A DNA stretch of 64,000 bases from Octopus vulgaris (taxonomy: Eukaryota): NCBI GenBank assembly GCA_951406725.2, contig OX597832.1:56234001-56298000 (forward strand), in the 5' to 3' direction. Below, in pieces: positions 52,531 through 64,000 of this stretch (the stretch's first letter is position 1; every line of letters begins with the position of its first letter). Both the position numbers and the translations under genes were made by a program. Below the pieces are notes generated by a model. The model saw nothing but the letters and a program-made list of their open reading frames with translations, did no database searches and was not told the DNA's origin.

Positions 52531-55500
52531 TGTTAAAAAAGTCTTAGTGTCCCAGACCAGGTGGGACAACTCTGGTGTGAGTTGCATTACCTGGTCTAGG
52601 ACACAGTGTCCCTTAACATTCAGCATTATGTAAGGAGCATTCCTTGGACACTATCCCGCAGTAAATGGATGTTTAAACAAAACACATACGCTATGCATGT
52701 GCAACTGATTAATATATATATCTATATATTCATTGTTTAATGACTTTAGGGTGTAATCGGACATGATAAAACTGGTCTTATCATGTTAGATTGCACTCAA
52801 ATTTATTAAACATGACTTTACATGAATATATTTTATTCTGTGCTGCTTCATGTGATGTAAATGGATGAGGGCAGCTGTCTAAAGAAGTGGCAAATGCTTA
52901 ACAAGGAAGGAGCCTGGGGAAGAGGGAAACCCAGTAAGACAAGGAATGAAGTGATGAAAACTGATCTCAAAATGTTGAAGCTCTCAAAGGAACTGAGAGG
53001 GGAACCAAGACAAGTAGCAACATGCTGTACTTAAGAAGGCCTGACCATCTCAGCAAAAATGAGGTCCTGTCTAACCCTCTCCCACAGCTTATCTACTAAC
53101 ACCCAGTCTTCTATCAATCTTCTGTGTACTACTCACTCAGGTGCTGTAAATAATACCCCTCCACCTACACTTCAGATCGTATCCCAGCCACTGAACCTTG
53201 TCACCTTACTACTCCTGTTTCCTTGCTTTGCTTCCTCTCATCTTTTCTGTACCTCTATTCTTTTCTCTCTTTCATATTCACCTCGTACCCGAACTTCACA
53301 TCTCTCTTCCACGCTCTCTTTCACTTTTCAGATGATTAACGCCAATAAATTCACCTTGCCAGCAAGAATCCTGCTCTTGTCCCCTCAAGCATACTTTCAT
53401 ATCCCTCAACACTATATCTGACTCAGCTGAAAGTTTGTGACCTCATGAGTGCTGGTACCCATGAGAAAAAGCAGCCAGTACACTCTGGCAAGAGACTGGC
53501 ATTAGGAAGGGCATCCAAATGTAGAAGCCATGCCAAAGGAGACATTGGAGCCTGGCACATCACTCTGGCATAGCAGTTCATGTAGAACTGTTCAACCCAT
53601 ACAGGGAAAGGAATGTTAAATGATGCTGAATTTTATATATATATATCTTTTATCATTTGCTTGTTTCAGTCATTAGACTGCAGCCATGCCAGAGCACTGC
53701 CTTGGGGAATTTTAGTTGAACAAATCAACCCAAATACTTGTTTTTTTTCAAGCCTGGAACTTGTTCTATCAATCTATTTTGCCAAACTGTTAAGTTATGG
53801 GGACATAGACACACCAACACTGGTTGGGGGGGTAGACAAATGCATGCACACACGATGGGCTTCTTTCAGTTTCCGTTTACCAAATCTACTCGTAAAGTTT
53901 TGGTCGGCCTAAGGCTATAGTGGAAGACACTTGCCCAAGATGTCCTGCAATGAGATTGAACCTGGAACCATGTGGTTGGGAAGCAAACTTCTTATATTAT
54001 TTTACCCTACAAATTATTAAGCAACAGATGACAATTAGAAAATTTTCTGTTTTCAAGAACCTAATTCTGGTGAGTTGTATCTGTGGTGGGGGGGATGGTT
54101 AATTCATGGCTCTTGCCTTGTAATAGAAAAAGAATTATTCCATTATGAGATAAAAGCTTTCAATTAACAAACACTTCTGAGGTAACCTACATTTATAAGC
54201 ATTTTTTTTTTAAGTACTCATAGATAGGAGAACTTGAAGAGCGGTGGAGCAATAAAAAAAACTATTATCAGCAAGTGGCGATCCCATCTAGAACTACAAT
54301 GTGCTTATGTGTAATTGTTTTTAAAATGCAGAGAGTGTAATTTGAGGGAAATTTGGCTGTTTTTTCTAGCAGGTTTAAAAAGCATACAGAAGCACCACAC
54401 ACTTCCAAGTTCAGTCCCACTGCATAACAACTTGGGTAAGGGTCCTTTACTATATCCCTGGGCCAACCAAAATTTGTGAGGGGATTTGGCAGGTGGAAAC
54501 TGGAAGAAGCCTGTCATGTGCATGCATTGTGTGTGTGTGAGAAAGAATATGAATATGTTTGTGTCTTCTTGTCTTGACATCATGTGGTAGTTGTGAAATG
54601 GTTGTCTGTTATACAAGCAGTCATTCATTTCCAATATTTTGGCCACATGGAATATGTCTGCTCACATGGAAATATTAGCTTGCTTGGAAAGAGGTGAGAG
54701 TTGGTGACAGGAAAAGCGTGTCCGACTGGAAAATCTACCTTAATAAATTCCATCTCACCCATGCCAGCATGGAAAAAAAATAAAGGACATTAAGCAATTA
54801 TGACCACAAATTAACCATTTATTTTTCAGTTGCGACATAGAACTCAGCCACGAATTGCACAGGGTCATGGTAAATATATCTGGTCATTGGGAAACATTAA
54901 ACTGCCTGGAAACAGGTGAGGGTTAGCAACAGGAAGGGCATCCGGCCATAAAAAGAAAAATATCTGCCTCAATTAATTTTGTCTGACCAATGCATGCATG
55001 GTGAAATGGACATGAAAATAACGATGATGTTGAAAGATGTACTCATTTCTCCAGCTTCTTCCACTCCCTCGCAATCTTTTCCACATCCAACTACCATGAT
55101 ACAAGATATTGCCTTCTACATTTCAATCATGGCAAGCTTTGCATAAAACTCATTTCTCCAAAACATGGGCTGACCTAAATAGAGCACAAGTTGTTGCGTG
55201 TCCAGTAAGTTGATCTCTCAAATGTGAGTGCGTGGTGTAATGATTACATCACAACCAGTTTTAATGCAAGTGTGGTAGGTCTACTTGTCAACCTGTCATT
55301 TAAAAAAATACTGAGTTTTTAGTTGGTTTATTTGTTTGTTTCTTTCTTTCTTTATTTGTTTTTTTATTATATTCTTTTATCCAATGTTTGTAAATCAAAG
55401 CATATGACTAACCCTTCCATTACCATATTTCTGTTGAAATACAGTGTCCTTGTTTCAGTTAATTTCGAAAATTATGAAGATTTAATAAAAAAAATAACTT

Positions 55501-55728
55501 CGTCGGTGTTAATCTGGTGTTTGTTTGGAGCATAAATTAACATGAAATTTTGAAGAAAGGCTTTAACATAGATCACTTCAACCATTTTGTTAGCATATTT
55601 CTGTCTTTGACTAAGTTAATCTTGAAAGAAAAAACATAAACATTAAGCAAAAATAACTTATCATTATTAATCTGGTGTCTGGAACATAAATTAACACCAA
55701 ATTTTAAAAGCTGTCATTTAGATCAACA

Positions 55729-56861
55729 TTAACCCTTTAGTGTTTAAACTGGCCATAACCGGCTGAAAATTATTCCCCTATATTTGTTTGAACCAGTCAA
55801 ATCCAGCTTTATCTGATTTCTCAACGGAATCGCTAAAAAGATAAACAAATTGCATTATTGAATTCTCATAGCTTTGAGATAATGCAAGGTAAAGTCTTTC
55901 CTGCCTTTATTCAAGTAAAAATATGGTGAAATTTTTGAGACTTCTTGGTTTGTTTCCAACGTTTGAAGAGAAGTGTAGATCTTAATTTTTAATGACAGGG
56001 TGTCAGCAAGTAACGATTCTGACTTGAAAGGTTTTACTTTTGGTGATGTACAAACTATATACGAAAACAACAGTGATTTGTCTTTGGATGAATCATATTG
56101 ACATTTGTGAATTTTCGTCAGACGAGGAAGGTTTTGATAATGAAAGTGATGAAAATGATATTGAAAACATTACAGCAACATGGGTGAAGATTACTACATC
56201 AACCGAAATTCCCGATTTCACAGAAAAGACTAGTCCACAATACAGTCTACCTCCTGATGCTCAACCACTGGACTATTTATTTTTACCAAAAGGATTTTTT
56301 GAAACTGTTGCAGAGGAAACATGCTCAACATGTAATTTCTATCCATGTAAGACCTGATCCACTATGGTAGCCAACTGATACTGCGGAAATGCAAGCTTTT
56401 TTTACTATAAACATTATGTTTGGTATCAAGCAGCTTCCTAAATTGTGGAACTACTGGAATCCTGATATAACGTAATGGCGATGCATTATGTCTAACTATA
56501 GCTAATTTATCCATTGTTTATGTAAAAAGCTACAAGGTACCTCTGTCACCAAAGGACTACAACCATTGGAAATTTCGGGTTAACATAGCATCTCAGTTAT
56601 GTGGGGGCTTTTTTTTCTTTTAGAAAGCACAGATCTGGGAGAAAAGCAAAATTAACTGAGGTGGATGTCAGCAGAGAAAATATTGACTTTCATAAAGAGG
56701 AAAAAATAGATGGAAGGAAAAAAGTTTGCAGACTGTGTTTGCTGCAAAAAAGAAAAACTGTGAAAGGATATCAGGTCAAGACCTTGTATATGTGTTCGTA
56801 TTACAAAATGCCCTTGTGTAAAGGGTGCTTTGAGCAGTTTCACAATAGAAATATGGCATAA
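55729..56861 (+). mobile_element. Internally deleted piggyBac transposase remnant
   Basis: TTAA|CCCTTTAG candidate left end; acidic N-terminus, W...PDFT...PLDYLF...VAEET, AEMQAFFTINIMFGIKQLPKLWNYW and Cys-rich tail RKKVCRLC...TLYMCSYYKMPLCKGCFEQFH; most of the DDD core is absent. Confidence 0.8.
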
Positions 56862-58042
56862 TTATATTTCGTTGTTTGATAGTAATACTATCATATATTC
56901 CTATCATTTTATTACAAATAATATGTAAAAGTGAGAAATACATTAATTTTCAGTATGTTACACACCTATATTCACCTTTGCCTCACCTGTTAATGAGCTA
57001 TTTTTATTAGATGCATTCTGTTATGTAAATGTATTCATTAAATTGTATAAGAGTACTTAGCCAATGGTATATTGACGAGTAAAAATGTTTTGTACTTCAT
57101 TTTCAATGAAAATGCTCGAATGTAATATATAGAATAAAATCTTGTACTGATTAAACCTGTATTTTAATTAATTCAAATTAATGTACCTCATCTTGAAAAG
57201 TGGCAAAAGTTTTGTCGGTTGCCATCTGGGATAATTTTAGTAACAAATCAAACAGGTAAAATGCATTAAGAATTTTAATTTTAGTGTTTATCCATATTAC
57301 AGCACAAAAGAAATCAATTCAAACTTGCTAAAATAATATTCAAAGTGGGATATATAATCAGAAATATAATTTTAAAATGTTTGTGGTTTCATATTGAGGA
57401 TCTGATCAAAGACTTTCCGATTAAAAAAGTAGGAGAAAACTTTTCAAATATAATTAAGGTGGAAGAATACAAAAATAAACATTATTTTCTATTTTCCCAT
57501 CTTAAAATAAATTTTATTTCATTTTGAAAAATAGAAATTTATTTTATGCTTCATCATTGTTTATATTTTGAATTACCTATATATGGGAGCACCAAAATCG
57601 TTTTAAGTGCTTAGGGCCTCAATGGGTCTTAATCTGGCCCTGCCACCAGCATAATAAAGATATATATCACTATCTCTCTCTCTCACTATCACACAAGCTT
57701 CAAACATATAAACTGATAACTATCTCATGAACCACTACCATCTCTTTTTTCACCTGCTAGCCACAATATCTAATAAAACCATATTAACATATATTTTAAT
57801 ACACAGATGACCTGCACAATAATGTCAATGAACAGCCAGCTTCAGTACTCTTGCTAATGTCCTACTTTTCTCTCAATTAATTAGTTCCTTTATTGAGGAT
57901 TTGACAGGAAAGGTCAGAGCCACAGCAGAGAACAGTCTTTCAAAGTATATACTGTAAGCTTTAACCATCCAATTAAAACCACAAGGCAGCTTAGCAAACA
58001 ATTTTTTTTTTTTGTCTTCTCAAGCTGAAATATCAAAATTGT

Positions 58043-58238
58043 TATGACGGGATGCCGAAAAAGTTCCTGGCTTTAAGAATAGTGCAAAGGGTCAGCCTTC
58101 TGAGTTCTTTTACAGGGATAAGAAAATGTGAAGGAGTGCTGTAAGAAGTGTGTGAATCTGACGGAAATAAAATCATAATTAACCGATCCTCTTGTATTTT
58201 CTTTTACCCAAGCCAAGAACTTCTCAGCATCCTTCATA
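58043..58238 (+). mobile_element. Mariner-derived MITE
   Basis: Imperfect TIRs TATGACGGGATGCCGAAAAAGTTCCTGGCTT / AAGCCAAGAACTTCTCAGCATCCTTCATA with TA ends; internal CKKCVNL remnant of the transposase C-terminus. Confidence 0.7.
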
Positions 58239-58739
58239 CAAACACCACCACCACTAGGACCAAAACAGAAATAACTTAATCAAAAGGTAAATAAATAAAA
58301 TATTAAAAATGTACAAAAAAAAAACACACAAAAACCAACCTAATAAACAATCAGGTAAAAGGCTTTTGGCTTAATAATCATTCAAAGAATAAAATTTGCT
58401 GAATGTTTTGGTATAAAAATGTAAATTACATTTTTAAAAATTGAAAAAAATTAAAGGTTAATAATAGCATATTAAAATGGTTTTCTGTTTTTATGAGTTA
58501 GACTAAAGTGATTGATCTGACAAATGCTTGGTCTGAATACATGCAGAAGACAAAACAAGTGAGTAAGGAAGTGGAGATCTGACATGAATGCTTTCAATAG
58601 AGTGAAGCCCAATATAAATGTACACAAAGAGCAGGTAGTGTTTGTTTGTTTAAAAACCAAATTAGTCATGATTAAACAGATCCTATCAGAAACATAGCTC
58701 CAGATGAGCTAGATTTCAAAGGGGATGTATTTTGATTGT

Positions 58740-59400
58740 GGTTGTGAAGCATTGGGTGAAGAGAGATCTCCACCTGGCATGGCTGCAAGTTCTGTCGCCA
58801 GCCTTCTCTCATATTGTCCCCATATTTGTTAGGTTTTCATCAACAGTCCTCAACTAGATCGTAACAGGTCTGCTTTGACTCCTGCCCATCATGGCCATGG
58901 TTGCCAGTCAAGAGGGGGTTTCACTGGTCTCTCCATGCTTATGTAGCACATATCTGAGCATCTTTTGCCTTCTTACAGCAAAGGTATGCCCAGCCTTTTC
59001 TAACTATTTCATTCATGATGTGATTGCACCAAGAAGTTCTTAGTATGTTCATAAAGGTTACTGTCTTCGGAAAATAACTGTTCTATCAACTTTGCATTAT
59101 TTTTGCTGTTTTTTTTTTTTCTCTCCCCACCACATCTTGCAAGAATAAGTCACCATTATCATGACAAATGATGTTTACAGGCAGACTTAGGTGTCACAGC
59201 ATTGCTGAGTCTGTTCTCAACATCAGTTTCCAAGTTGCCATCATTAGCGATGCGAGTGCCCAGATACATGAATGGTTCAACAATCTCCAGTCAGACATGG
59301 TGCTGCTGTGCCTCCCAAACAATCATTACTTTTGTCTTTGTATTGCAGATTCCTAATCAATTTCAGATGTATTGTTAAATTCCATATTCAATAGAGTAGG
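58740..59400 (-). mobile_element. RTE LINE RT/C-terminal remnant
   Basis: Minus strand LEIVEPFMYLGTRIANDGNLETDVENRLSNA, typical of the region after the RTE RT core. Confidence 0.75.
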
Positions 59401-60347
59401 ATGTGATCTGAAGTAAGTTAGACAGTTGTTTCTGACAGTCTGAGCAACTCACAGACACACACTGAGTTGCTCAGGTTTTGATGTTAAACCTAAAGATTTG
59501 GTTAATAAGAGACCAACAGACTTAGAAGTCAAGGTATAAAGCCAAACCTTTAGGTTTAATACCAGCATGTCAATGAGGGAGTGTCTATATGGTTGCTCAA
59601 TCGATTATAAATAGCTGCCAAACTTCCCTCAGATCACACCATACCATACCTATCTAAAACTACTCCTGGTTCTGTATGATATAATCTTAATTAAAAACTT
59701 CCATTAGAATTTCATGCTAATTTATGTTCTAAACACCAGCTTAATAATGATGAAGTTATATTTTAATAAATTATTTTATGATTTTCAAAATCTAATTGAA
59801 ATAAAGAATGTATTTCAAAAGAAGTGTGGATAACAAAAGGGTTAATTATGAAAGTTTATGCATATTTGAATAAAAGAAAACAAAACAAAATGAGAAGCTG
59901 GCTGGTTATGAATCTGCAATGCAAAGACAAAAAAAAAAATGATGATTATGGGAGGGTGGGGGGAGAACCACAAAGCAATAACAAGTCTCACGTTTGGAGG
60001 GCCAAACATGAGACTGTTCATTCATTGATGTGCTTGGGCAGTAACATGGCTAACAATGAAAACTCAGAAACTGATGTTGCAAAGAGACCCAACAAACCAC
60101 ACGTCAGTTCAAGCTCCTGAAGCCTATATGGTCCAACTCCTCCATCAACGATGGCACCAAATTCTACCTGTATACATAAAGTGTCCAGCACATGTCTTCC
60201 ATAGATGTTGCCTTATTACCGGGTTGTGTACGTTAAAAAAAATAATGATTATCTATCTTATTTCAAAGTCACAAACTAATTCAATGTTTTCAGGAAGGGT
60301 TTGTCCTTATGAAGAAGGACTAAAAAGAATAGAAAAGTTCAACCTAC

Positions 60348-60431
60348 TCTGATTCCCTGCATTGGAATTCCTGGTCCAAAACTAGCAGGATAGTCTTCAA
60401 ATGTTTTTAGAGTAGCACTGGATCTGTCTTT
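60348..60431 (-). CDS. RNF13: RNF13/RNF167-like E3 ligase, first visible coding exon (start of PA region)
   Basis: ttacag acceptor, gtaggt donor; 84 nt; KDRSSATLKTFEDYPASFGPGIPMQGIR resembles the RNF13 'TFDDLPARFG' segment; phase 0 to next exon. Confidence 0.88.
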
Positions 60432-60841
60432 CTGTAAAAACAAAAGAATATTCAAGATGGAAAAAATTTATTTACAAGGAAATTCGTTTTAATGCATAAG
60501 AACAAAATATAAAACTTGCAATAAGAGAGAGAGAGAGAAGGGGGGAAGAGAGAGAGGAAGAGAAAAAGAGAAAGAGAGAGGGTCTGTGTGTATTTTCTCT
60601 GCAAAGTTAATTATATATGGGATACTTTTTTTTTTTTAATACAACCACACACATACACATGTTATCATCATCTTCAGTCCATTTTCCATGCTAGCATGGG
60701 TTGGACGGTTTGACAGGAGCTGACAAGCCAGAGGACTGTACCAAGCTCGTCTGCTTTGAGAGAGGAGGAAGACGAGAAGAAAGATAAAGAGAGGCCACCA
60801 TAGTAAAAGAGACAGGGAGGAGAATGATGTGCGTGTGTGCA

Positions 60842-60915
<74 letters not shown>

Positions 60916-61136
60916 ATTCAAACATGAAAACACAAAGAGAAAACACAACAACGCGAGGACGTGGAACAAGTATAGTGTTATTGGACGCTCAGGAAAGGAA
61001 AGAAAAAAGGAGGATTTAATGTTTTGAGCGGACCTCTTCGTCAGAAACGTAGAAAAAGGAAAGATCCAAGGAAGGGAAGACGGAGGAAAAAAAAAAAAAT
61101 CGCCAACGATACACATGCGGTCACATATTTAATATA

Positions 61137-61175
<39 letters not shown>

Positions 61176-61854
61176 CAGAGTAAACACATAAATGTGAAAC
61201 AAGGTGGAAAAAAGAGTACTCAAATACCAGAGGTAGAGTAATATGCTTTTAAATAAAGTATATATATATGTATGAATGTATGAATGTATGTGTGTGTGCA
61301 TATATATACATATAAATGCATTAAAATACTACAAGCAAATGAAATATGAACATCATTTTTTTTTAAACATTCAATTATTTAGGCTTTTCTAATCTAAACT
61401 TAATTAGCATCAAGCCACAGTTGCTAATTCTTCCTTTCAAAGCTACTCTTTAGGTTAAGTCCAAACAAAGCCATTATCTTACAGTCTATATTTGTTCTTG
61501 GCACAATGATGCCAGGAACGGTAAAGCCAGTTCAATATCCAATTTCCAAGATTTCTTTACATAGACTGCATATTAATGCCATAAAACAGGGAAATCAATA
61601 ACTCAGGCCTTAGGTCTTTCTACTGTGATGCAGCCAAGAGTTCATAGCACTCGTCCCACCCCCCTCCACCCCGATGCCATTCCAAACATTTGCAATTGCT
61701 GTGTATTGACATTTTCAAATGAGTTGGAAAATACCAAGATATTTAGGAAAACATGCTAGATGCAGGCGTGGCTGTGTGCCTAAGAAGTCTGCTTGACAAC
61801 CATCTGGTTTCAGTCCCACTGCACAGTACCTTGGGCAATTGTCTTCCACTATAG

Positions 61855-62029
61855 CCCCATGCTGGAGCACCGCCTTTTTAGTCGAGCAAATCGACCCCTG
61901 GACTTATTCTTTGTAAGCCTAGTACTTATTCTATCGGTCTCTTTTGCCAAATCGCTAAGTTACGGGAATGTAAACACACCATTATCGGTTGTCGAGTGAT
62001 GTTAGGGGTACAAACACAGACACACAAAC

Positions 62030-62066
<37 letters not shown>

Positions 62067-62250
62067 CACACACATACATACATACATACGACGGGTTTCT
62101 TTCAGTTTCCGTCTACCAAATCCACTCAAGGCTTTGGTCGGCCTGAGGCTATAGTAGAAGACACTTGCCCAAAGTGCCATGCAGTGGGACTTAACCTGGA
62201 ACCATGTGGTTTGTAAGGAAGCTACTTACCACACAGCTACTCCTACACCT
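61855..62250 (-). mobile_element. SINE family A, joined to an oppositely oriented head fragment at 61763-61855
   Basis: Reverse family A sequence; other copies at about 4081-4285, 23020-23385, 25689-25996, 32792-33290, 38476-38820, 51403-51773, 53648-53992. Confidence 0.8.
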
Positions 62251-64000
62251 ATATATAATGAAGTTATTTTAATAAATTCTTTTATGATTTTCAAAGTCTA
62301 ATTGAAACAAAAATGTGTATTTAAAAAGAAGTGTGCTATTCACTTCCATTCTTCCATGTGAAAACATTACCTTGCTTAGAAACATGCAAGGGTTGGTAAC
62401 AGGAAGGGCATAAGGCCATAGAAAATCTGCTTGAATAAATTCCACTTGACCCATGAAAGCATGGAAAGATGGGCATGAAATGATGATGATATCAATGAAT
62501 GCAGAGTTGGTTTAGAATCTGCTACTGGTTGGTTAGTCAAACGTATTTTTATCAGCGGATTATTTACGATCTCTATTGATATTATTGGGTGGGGGTGGTC
62601 TAAAATAATAAATACTGCATGTGCAGTTGTCCATGCTTTGACTTCGGCCTTCAACAATGATTTGAACTGAATTTGCCTTTGGCATCATTTTGCAATGACG
62701 AGGAACGGGGGATTGCACAGTATACACATGTGCAGATATATTTATGCATACACACACACACACCATCCTGAATCTGAAAATAAATTTATATGTACATATA
62801 TACATATAACTATCTGTGTGTATTCATAACACACACACATATATATGAACATATACACATCATCTAAAAAAAAAAAAAAGATAAATTTATATATACTTGG
62901 GTTTTAGCAATAATTTTTGCCCTTTTTTTTTTTTTAGGCAATCATTAATAGCCTCGACAACTGCTGCCAGGCAAGGCAAGAATGAATAGATTAATTTTAA
63001 TTTAGTTATCTCTGCATTTAGTAATTTAATTTTTAACAGGATTTATTACAGGCATGGCCAGATTTCCAGTTGAAAAAAAATCAATTATGATGATAAGTAT
63101 GGATGGTACTAACACTGGTAGTGTTAGTCACAGCACCGTTTGTGTTGGTTCCAACAGAGTAATGCACCAATATAATAAATGTATTTGTCCTTCAAAGTTA
63201 TTTCATTCAGAGAAAAGAAGTCACAGCCTATGTGTGTTGTCTGTGCTAAGAGATTGATAAACCAAGTGACGGTTGTAAGTAAACCGAAAATACTTTTACA
63301 TAAAGCATCCTGATTTATGCAGGAAGTCCACTGAATATTTTAGAACAAGATCCCCAAACACAAACCCATTGATCATTTGGTACTGGGCCACACACACACA
63401 AAGCATAAATTTTTAAATTTTATTTCTATTTTACTGACTACTGCAATCTACAAGTTGTTTCTGCATTTATCATCATCATCATTTAATGTCTGTTTTCCAT
63501 GCTGGCAGAGGATGGACGGTTTGACTGAGGTCTGGAGAGCCAGTGGCTGCACCAGGCTCCAATCTGATCTGGCAATGTTTCTGCAGCTGGATGCCCTTCC
63601 TAATGCCAACCATTCCGAGAATGTAGTAGGCGCGTTTTACGTGCCACTGGCACAGGAGCCAGTCAGGCGGGTCTGGCATTGATCATATTTGGACAGTGCC
63701 TTTAACGTGCCACTGGCACGAGAGCCAGTCAGGGGGTACTGACAACAGCCACAATCAGATGGTGCTTTTTACATGCCACTGGCACACACACACACATACA
63801 CATATCATCATCTCCTAACATCCAGTTTTCTATGTTTGCATCAGTTGAACAAAGTTTATTGAGGCAAATTTTCTACAGCTGGATGCCCTTCCAGTCACCA
63901 ACTCTCACTTGCTTCTAAGTAAAGTAATATTTCCCCATAACCAAACATATTTTCACAGAATATTGGAAATGAATGATGAAGATTGTATGACAGTGATTCA

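Noticed and set aside
56040-56861. Domesticated piggyBac-derived (PGBD-like) gene
   Set aside because: Contains frameshifts and stops and lacks most of the catalytic core.
62376-63260. Possible signal-peptide first coding exon of the RNF13-like gene
   Set aside because: No ATG-initiated hydrophobic segment ending in a phase-0 donor was found; the exon probably lies beyond the window.

Overview
AT-rich, microsatellite- and SINE-dense eukaryotic DNA. The repeat content and a mitochondrial 16S fragment suggest an octopus (inferred, not verified). The only recognisable host gene is a minus-strand PA-TM-RING E3 ubiquitin ligase of the RNF13/RNF167 family. Nine coding exons (60431 down to the stop at 22119) have GT-AG borders and consistent phases; the signal-peptide exon was not found. 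The rest is transposon debris: at least three tRNA-headed SINE families, LINE fragments (CR1/L2, RTE, R4/Dong-type), mariner, piggyBac and hAT remnants and MITEs, and a non-autonomous Helitron. There is also an intronic full-length U2 snRNA copy and a 16S NUMT. The most notable signal is a set of minimal type I hammerhead-ribozyme-like motifs in several unrelated, often inverted repeats embedded in (TA)n tracts, consistent with Penelope-like elements; one family carries a U3-A8 core variant. Possible extra 3' exons of the ligase gene and a pre-miRNA-like intronic hairpin are also flagged. Repeat coordinates are approximate unless a TSD or terminus is given.
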